Shown: piece by piece, positions 56,271 through 64,000 of the stretch
How the letters are laid out: every line of letters starts with the position of its first letter
How positions within the stretch are numbered: the stretch's first letter is position 1
Assembly: GCA_009914755.4 (NCBI GenBank)
Contig: CP068257.2
Span: forward strand, 19,392,001-19,456,000
Direction: 5' to 3'
Origin: the human T2T-CHM13v2.0 reference genome, Homo sapiens
DNA: 64,000 nt
Program-made: the position numbers and the translations under genes
Notes under the pieces: model-generated
The model's database searches: none
What the model was told of the DNA's origin: nothing
The model's input: the letters and a program-made list of their open reading frames with translations, nothing else

Positions 56271-57428
56271 ATTGTATATTAGAGAAAATCATAGGAGGAA
56301 ATAAATTTATTAAGCACTGCAGAAACTATGTAAGTCTTTCAGATTTAACTTAATGTGCTCAGATTTATTTAAAGGAAAGTATTAAGGGATTCTAATATTT
56401 CACTTGCAGTATAACCTTGTTATAGGAATACATTGAAGGCTTTCCCATGTGACTCAAGTGTAATATGGGACACATTCTTTACATGAGATAGAATGTTCTT
56501 TGTAATCAATCCACACATTTCCTGTAAAAGAGATAAAAAGTGAGGGAAATCAGGAAGGTGATGTGTCACCTAATGTCACTGATGCTGAGATAGCAATGGA
56601 TGCTTTGCATGACCATGAAATATAAAAGACAATCTTGAAACAGAAGACGACTTTGGTGACACAGAGGAAAAACCAAAGAAGGACAATTTAAATGAAGGGC
56701 ATTTTATCCTTGGATTCAACAGCTCGTTTTGCAGACATGAGAGTCTATTCATAACCCTTTACACATTTTACATTTACATTTGTATTTACATGAAAGGGAC
56801 TATATGATTGGCAGAATCACATGCATACAGAAGACATCTGTTCAAAATATATGCTATAGCATACATGGTCAGAGAAAGTTTATCTCTGACACCATTTTAT
56901 TTGTGTAAAATGAGGCCTAACATACATAGAGAGTTGACTTTAGGGTACTTCAGAGATTAGAACCATCAAGAGAAATGAAATATTTTTCAGTGTAGCAAAA
57001 TGTAACATCACCACAAACGGTAATTAGACTTTTTGAAGTATTTTTAAAAAAGAATGGTTTTGGGGTACTGAAATGTGCGTCCTAAATGAAATGGACAGTT
57101 AATTTAACTAGAACGTGTGTGGCAGGCCAAACTTGTATTTGTGTGAAAACTGCAAAGATTATGGTTTAAGAGATTTCAGTTTAAATGCAAGGGTGTGTGT
57201 GTGTGTGTGATTTTCTTCCTATTCTTAATCTTCACAATTTTATTCAGTGTACTTATTATGTCTTGCTAGGATTTTTTCAAATTGAATTTCATCTTTTTTT
57301 TTTTACAAATACAGAAATAACTCTATCCTTTTGATAGTGATATTGATCGTTTTGTAGACATATCTAACATTGTAACCTGTCTTCCCAGAAAGGTGACAAG
57401 AATGACATGAAAGTTTATGTTAAGATTA

Positions 57429-57468
57429 TGTGTGTGTGTGTGCGTGTGTGTGTGTGTGTTGTGTGTTG
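57429..57468. repeat. (GT)n microsatellite, imperfect (a shorter (GT)8 also sits at ~57193-57212)
   Basis: tgtgtgtgtgtgtgcgtgtgtgtgtgtgtgttgtgtgttg. ORF 57323..57508 (THTHTHTH) is its translation. Confidence 0.9.
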
Positions 57469-59072
57469 TATATTTTCCCTTAAGTCCTTTCATGGTAATC
57501 ACTAGCATTAGAAAAGAAATGTCAGTTTGTAAAAACAGTCAAAGATAATCTCCACATTCTGCCTAGGATTTATGTTATGTTGTCTATTTTCTGTTTGCCC
57601 CTTTGGATTTCGTCTGTTGTCTTCTGTACTATGCACTTGCTTCACGAAACTGACTTGTACTTTTGCCAATTGAGATTGGCCAATGGTGAGCCAAGTCATG
57701 AGACCGAGGAGAAGAAAAAGGTCTGAGTATTTTTCTCCTAGCTCCCTGTTTGAGGTTGTGTCCTCATCTACTGTCGCTGCTCCCCTCTTCAGAGCACAGT
57801 CCACACAGCTCTTTATCCTCCTGGGTTCTGATAACCTGTTCTCCTATTGGTCCTTTGGACTAAGGGGTCGCAACAGCTTTTCTAGTGCTATCTCTGGTCC
57901 CTGACCTCTCCCTTGTGGTTCTTCTGTAGCTTGCCCAAAACTCTGTAATTAGTCCCTTTGTAAATAAGGTGTTATCTTAATTTGAGTGTGCCATCTGTTT
58001 CTTGTTGGGACCACTGGGAGATATGGCACTCTGGGTCACAGACAGGAATGGGCATGCAAGGAGAGAGGAAATGGTGGCTTATTGCATAAGGTACTAAGGA
58101 TGCGTCTCATTTAGATCCTGGTCTTGCAATTCAGACCAGTCTTCTGTTTGGCTCTTTCTTTGGCCCCTGGAAGGCTGAAATAATGAAGGTCTGCTTAACA
58201 TAATCTCTGGCAAATCTGGTACTGGGTATGATCAATTGCTGTGTGATCACACAGGGAATCGATATAAGAGTCATATTCATATGTCAGGAGTAAGTCATGT
58301 CATTGCCTTTATCCATACTATCTGAATATCACCATTCAAATACACATAAGCTCTGTAAATTCACCTTGAAATAAATATTTTCTCATGTGTTTTATATATT
58401 GGAATCTTACAGAATGGTGTAGAACTGTAATTGCATATGGCTAGTATATGATGCTATATTAAATAATGATAAAATGCTTTAAATTTGTGTATACAATTAA
58501 TAGCTTTCAAACAGTTAAATATAAACTGCATTAATAATCAATCCAAATGTAAAGAAAATATGCTAAATCTAGATCACTTTAGGGCGAGCATCATATCCTT
58601 TTTAAGCCAAGCATTTGTTAATAAAAATTGAAATAATGCAAAGCCAGATATTAGGTTATGCCATAATTGTAATTCATATATTAATAGAATTGTTTAATAT
58701 ACTACTATTCTTAACATCAAATTAAACATCTTCAATAACTGTATTTAAATTATATGTAATTGTGTATATGGCCGTAGGTTTTTAAGAAAATATGCTGGGT
58801 TGGGATTCATTACATCTAGTGAGAATGAATTAAAAACATGATGCCAATTTTGTTTCCTCAAATTTTCACATAAAGGAAAAGTTCAAACCACATATAACAA
58901 CCTCCATGATCTATAATGTTGCATGCAGACAAATTTCATATAGACGTGCATTCCAGATTTTGTGTTTATGATTTCTTTCTTCAGGATAAAATATAGGGGG
59001 TTGTTGACTTTGACATTCAGGGCTTGGCAAACTTAGTTGAGCCTTTCCAGTCTTAAGAAGAGACATTCTTGG

Positions 59073-59344
59073 GGCCAGGAGCGGTGGCTCACGCCTGTAA
59101 TCCCAGCACTTTGGGAGGCCGAGGCAGGCGGATCACGAGGTCAGGAGATCGAGACCGTGTCTCTACTAAAAATACAAAAAAAAATTAGCCGGGCGTGGTG
59201 GCGGGCGCCTGTAGTCCCAGCTACTCGGGAGGCTGAGGCAGGAGAATGGCTTGAACTCGGGAGGCGGAGCTTGCAGTGAGCTAGATTGCGCCACTGCACT
59301 CCAGCCTGGGCGACAGAGCGAAACTCTGTCTCAAAAAAAAAAAA
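59073..59344 (+). mobile_element. AluY SINE, near-consensus (very young), with a ~24-bp internal deletion, poly-A tail and TSD
   Basis: ggccaggagcggtggctcacgcctgtaatcccagcactttgggaggccgaggcaggcggatcacgaggtcaggagatcgagacc|gtgtctctactaaaaatacaaaaaaaaattagccgggcgtggtggcgggcgcctgtagtcccagctactcgggaggctgaggcaggagaatggcttgaactcgggaggcggagcttgcagtgagctagattgcgccactgcactccagcctgggcgacagagcgaaactctgtctc plus A13. Only a handful of differences from the AluY consensus. The stretch atcccggctaaaacggtgaaaccc is deleted. Flanks: aagaagagacat...|Alu|...aagaagagacat. ORF 59037..59279 is its translation. Confidence 0.92.
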
Positions 59345-60409
59345 GAAGAGACATCCACATTCTTAGGTACTGTTTTTCAGGCTTCAGGGATCATAGGTTT
59401 ACAATTTTGGTATTTAGCTAAATTATGTCAATCATTTTTTTTAGTTGTTTTTTGTTTGTTCTGTTTTTGTTTTTAGCAAATCTGGCCATACTTCCACTGA
59501 ATACAAGGATTACTTCGGAGAAGTTATACTTTGTAAGAAAATAGATTCTGTGTTTGAAAATATGATTAAAAAATTACCCCAATAGAAATATTTGGGAACA
59601 GTTATTGCTAGTAAATAAAACTGCCTTTAAAATTATTTTTATTATTGAAAAATTTCATCGAAAAGAATTTTGCTGTTCTCAAAGTTATGATGCAATTTAA
59701 AGTATAAGTGATTATTTTGGCCCAAAACCTATGAGAATTTTCTCTCCCTAATATGTCTATACCATCTGCTGGCTATTAGTGGCAATCAAACCCACAATAC
59801 AAAAAATCAAATTTTAAAAAACCACACTTTTTTCCTGTTAGTTCCCTGAGCTCTGTCACTACAAATATTGATGTGGCAAGGCTGAATATTTCTCTGAACA
59901 TCTATTTCAAATTGAAACTAAATGCCTGTGCCAGAATGACTTTATCTGGGATTTGAGCCTGTGTGTGCCTGACATCTAAAGCAACTGCTCTCTGCTTTCT
60001 CTTCTGTTTTCTCTATGTTTATATGGTTCAGTGATTGTGCCACCTGCCCCTCCTTCATTGCATCCTGCACTGAGATCTACCATGACTCTTTACCAAGTGC
60101 ATTTAAGGTGTCTGGCCACGTGTTTCTGAAAATCAGCTACCGATGTATGAATGGTAAAAAACATGATAATATTATTTCTTCTGAGTTTATACGTATATGG
60201 CTTGTGTGCATGGAACAGCAATTCCTGGTTTAAAAATGGCCACTCTATTTACTTATTTTATCCAAGAGACCATATCGTAAAAGCAGGGAATACAAACTCA
60301 AAAGCCAACGAACACCAACACAGTCACCCAGCCACACCAACAACAAATAGGTAGGGATGCAAGGACTGGGGGTGGGAAATGGAAACCACAACTACCCTGC
60401 AACGACTTT

Positions 60410-60575
60410 CTACTCAAAGCATGGACCTAGGACCTGTAGCATCGGCAGCAACTGGACATTGATGGAAATGCAGAATCTCAGGCCCCACCCCAGAATCACT
60501 GAATCAGAATCAGCCTTTCACAATCTTCCTAGTAATGTGTGTGCACATTCAAGGTTAAGAAGCACTGCTTTTCTC
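60410..60575 (+). mobile_element. MLT1-type (MaLR) LTR fragment
   Basis: tggacctaggacctgtagcatcggcagcaactggacattgatggaaatgcagaatctcaggccccaccccagaatcactgaatcagaatcagcctttcacaatcttcctagtaatgtgtgtgcacattcaaggttaagaagcactg matches the MLT1 motif ...cagcatcagcatcacctgggaacttgttagaaatgcagattctcaggccccaccccagacctactgaatcagaa...aacaag.tccccaggtgattc.tatgcacattaaagtttgagaa.cactg. Confidence 0.55.
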
Positions 60576-63500
60576 TTATCTATTGTTGTCAGATATGCTG
60601 ACTTTTTAAAATATTAAAAATATGCAGGTTTTTAATGGAGAAGGTCTTAATTTTAAAAACATTGTCTAATTCAGCTTTTTTTTAAATACTTTCTGGGAAC
60701 ACTAAAACATACTGAAAATGTCAATAGGCCTAGGGGCCCATTAGTTTTAAAAATCTGCATGTCAAAGAGTGAATATGAATATGGACAGTTTTATTCTTGT
60801 TATTTTCTGGGAATAGTGACATCTAAACAAAACTCTTGATGATAAAAAAGCAAGCATTGCCATCAGTAGATATATCTTACTTCCTTTTCAAGAAATATCC
60901 CTTGCCTATTTTAGCTATAATGCTGCCTGCCTTCACCACTCTGCCCCCAGTGTGTATATCTATACAGCAGCTAGAGTGTCTCATTTAAAACTTAAGTTGA
61001 AACGATTCGTTTCTCCAGTGGCTTCTCTCTTTCCTACTCAGGAATAAAAGCCAGTACCTTACAAGCTATTTGAGAGCACCTCACTTAGTTGTTCTTTTGG
61101 AAATGTATGTCCAGCCACCCCTGCAAGCTTGCAATTGCTTCAACCCTCTAGACAAACTCTGCCTCAGTATTCTCGCCTCAGATATGTGCCAGGCTTGCTG
61201 TCTTACCTATCCCAATCTGTTTCTCAAATGTCATTTTAAGAATCTGAGCTTCCCTGATGAAAACCATAAATCAATAGACCACAACCCCACCCCTAAATTC
61301 TCCTCATTAATGCTTTTCTTCAGAGCATTCACTACCATTGGATGTCTGTAAGTTATTTCACTGATTTATTTGTTTACTTGAAGTCTTTTGCCACCAGAAT
61401 GTTAGTTATTTGAAAGAAGAGACCTCTGGTCTCTTGTTCATGTTGTTTCCCCAATCTGAGTTCGATGCTTGGCACATACATAATTGGTTCTCAATACTGT
61501 GTGTTGCATGAATGAATGATATCCAAGCTTAAAAACTACATGACACTGCTCACTGAGGTTTTTGTTTGTTTTTATTAGTAGTACATAATTGAAGGTGATT
61601 TTATTATGTAATTATATAGTTCTGCTGTAGCTTATTATTACAGTCTTTTTTTATTTTATGCATTAGATACACAACCTACTTCTGGGTTATTTATTTTTCT
61701 GCCATCTTGGAAATTTTTCATCCCTATTGCTCACGTCCAAATGTGCCTGTAGCAAATCTTTTTTTCAATTTTTTTAATTGACACACAAAAATTGTCGATG
61801 TTCATTAAAGTACATAGTGATTTTTTAATACATATGTATTAGTATGTTTTCACGATGCTGATAAGACAAACCCAAGACTGGGCAATTCACAAAAAAGGTT
61901 TAATTGGAATTACAGTTCCATGTGGCTGGGAAGGCCTCAGAATCATGGCAGAAGGCAAGGAGGAGCAAGGCCTGTCTTACATGGATAAGGATTACATGGA
62001 TCCTTTACTGAGGATAACAAATATGATTCCAGGTTCTACTCAGTTATTAATCTAAGAAAGAGATTTGAAACTGTACAATACTTTCAAGTATACTAATTAG
62101 CCTCATAATTACCTGAAACCAAAATAGAGCAATCATATATCTTAAAATATAGAATGTAATTTATTCCTGTAATTAAGTTTCAATATTAGAAAATAGTTTT
62201 TTTAAAAAATACTCTTCCTTTGACTTTTTTTAAATAAAATGCTGTGAAAATGTTCACAGCGACATCTTGAAAGCTAATATTCATTTTTGTACTCTACATT
62301 AAGTAGGGGCTCGGTTTTAGATACCTCTGTTTTTAGTACTTAAAAGAGGGCCTGACAAAGTTGGTGCTTAATAAATATTTGAAAATAAACAAATGAATGA
62401 ATCAATGAGTGAATTTCTGTTAGAAATATTTATTTGTGTATGGAATGGATAGACCTTGTACAAAGTTCTCCGTGATACATGAAGAAATTGCCTGTGATCA
62501 CAAGGGTCTGTTTATTGAAATGAAATAGGTGAATGGTTGGAACTCTTGACTAAGAGTTACTTAAAATATACTCTCCTCAGCTTTGTTAAACAGTTTTATG
62601 TGGTAGATACAAAACTTCAAAGGGAGGAAAACTCTGAAATATCATTAATCTACTCTAATGATTTATGAATTTAAGTAGACTTCTTATAATATTTTCATTT
62701 GGGTGGAGTATAAATTTAAATACTAAAAATAATTATGCATATTTATTTTATCTTTATATAATACAAATTCTATGGCTAGTTTAGAAGAATTTACTGAATG
62801 AATAATATTATTAATTTTATCTGTCAGTTATACACATGAATATTTATTAGCATGAATAATTATTTTTATTTTAAACAATGGTGACTCATAGAAACTACCT
62901 GCTTTGATACTAGTAGAAGCCACACAAGTGAGTTACATTTTTCTGAATACTAATATTATGTCAACTGAATATCAAATTGTTGACAAAATATTTCTAAGTG
63001 GAAAACAAAATATGAAGACAAAGGAGTGAAATACGCTAGAAAATCTAGGACAAGAACTTGAGTGTCTTGATTCCTAGCTCAGACATATATATAAATGTGA
63101 TACATAATTACATACCGTAGACGTGTTTCAAAGATGTTGAAATGCTACATAGCTCAATTAGTATATAATATAAAATAATAATGTATTTATATCTCTTTTA
63201 TAAATATTTTTCTGTGAATGTCATTTGTTAAGCAAAATTTTATTAATAATTATACAAAATATTAGAACAAAGCTAACAATGTAAGTTTTCAAATGTTCTA
63301 CAGAATTTTTGCAACAATGAGTGGAATATCAGTAACCTGACATTGCCTGAGTCTTTTTAAATTTTCTCATGAGCTTCATAACTTCGTCAAACCCAAAGAG
63401 ATCAGTAAATATAGGGATCAGAGGAAGATCAAGAAGACAATTTGTTATGTCCCGGTAAATTATTTAATAAGAATAATAAATTGGGTCAAGGTTTGAATAA

Positions 63501-64000
63501 GGTGATGCTTAAGAACAGGCAAAGGATGTGAATGACAGGAAGGCAGACAGAGAGTCTGCCAACTGTCTCCTGTGTGGAGACGTCTTTTGTCTCTTCACCC
63601 TTTTCTGCCTCCTGGAAATAGACTACCTCTTCTTCAGGGAACTGTCCCTTTATCTTGTCTCATTAGGGATCCCAGTTACAGATGCTATTGGACATTGTCA
63701 TTAATCCAAGAGCGAGCATGTGCAATTCACTGCCATCCTCAAACCTCTCGTCTTCTAACATTTATGTCTGTGAACAGCGAGTCCATTCATCCGTTGTCCA
63801 AATTGACATCTTGGCATTATCCTTGACATCACCTACTCAAAAAATGTATTAACAAATCAGGCAGATTTGACCTGTTAAAGAAAATTGTCTTTGGTTACCA
63901 TTCACTATTTTTCCATCTTTAAAACTTGCATCACAGGGTAAGCCACCATGCTGTAGTAACCTTGTAACTGTCCACATCCATTCTAGAATTGCAGGTGTGA

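Noticed and set aside
57650-58260. LTR-like look (aataaa followed by …ttgttgggacc…, TG/CA-ish ends) suggesting a solo ERV LTR
   Set aside because: I could not match it to any LTR consensus from memory and could not delimit TSDs. It is left unannotated, since it is too speculative to list as a feature.

Overview
This window is not prokaryotic and contains no defence island, operon or novel system that I can support. It is AT-rich primate nuclear DNA, almost certainly human, because it carries a near-consensus AluYb8 with its diagnostic duplication plus a near-consensus AluY. It reads like gene-poor intergenic or deep-intronic DNA. I identify 23 Alu SINEs, about 6.5 kb or roughly 10% of the window, spanning old AluJ/S to very young AluY/Yb8, many with intact A-tails and target-site duplications (TSDs). 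There are also five 5'-truncated L1 3' ends, all on the + strand (three older L1M-type, two younger L1P-type), a solo THE1-type MaLR LTR, an MLT1-like LTR fragment, several MIR fragments, one further common interspersed repeat I cannot name with confidence, and about a dozen micro- and minisatellites. I find no convincing protein-coding exon, RNA gene, CpG island or processed pseudogene. Every ORF in the supplied track is under 140 aa, and nearly all are translations of Alu, LTR or microsatellite sequence. The things worth a second look are structural: (a) a 5'-truncated AluYb8 and a near-consensus AluY with an internal deletion, both candidates for polymorphic insertions; (b) two ~620-bp direct repeats 3.1 kb apart, arranged like the LTR pair of an ancient retroelement; (c) an old tandem duplication of an [Alu + ~125 bp] unit; (d) a CpG-retaining ~800-bp segment boxed in by Alus; (e) a 105-bp direct repeat pair flanking 1.2 kb; (f) a 2x120-bp tandem duplication; (g) candidate polymorphic short tandem repeat (STR) and variable-number tandem repeat (VNTR) loci, namely an Alu-tail-derived (TATC)13, a (TG)21(GA)n compound repeat and an AT-rich minisatellite. 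All coordinates were read by eye and are good to roughly +/-5 bp. Subfamily names rest on recalled consensus sequences, not on a database search.
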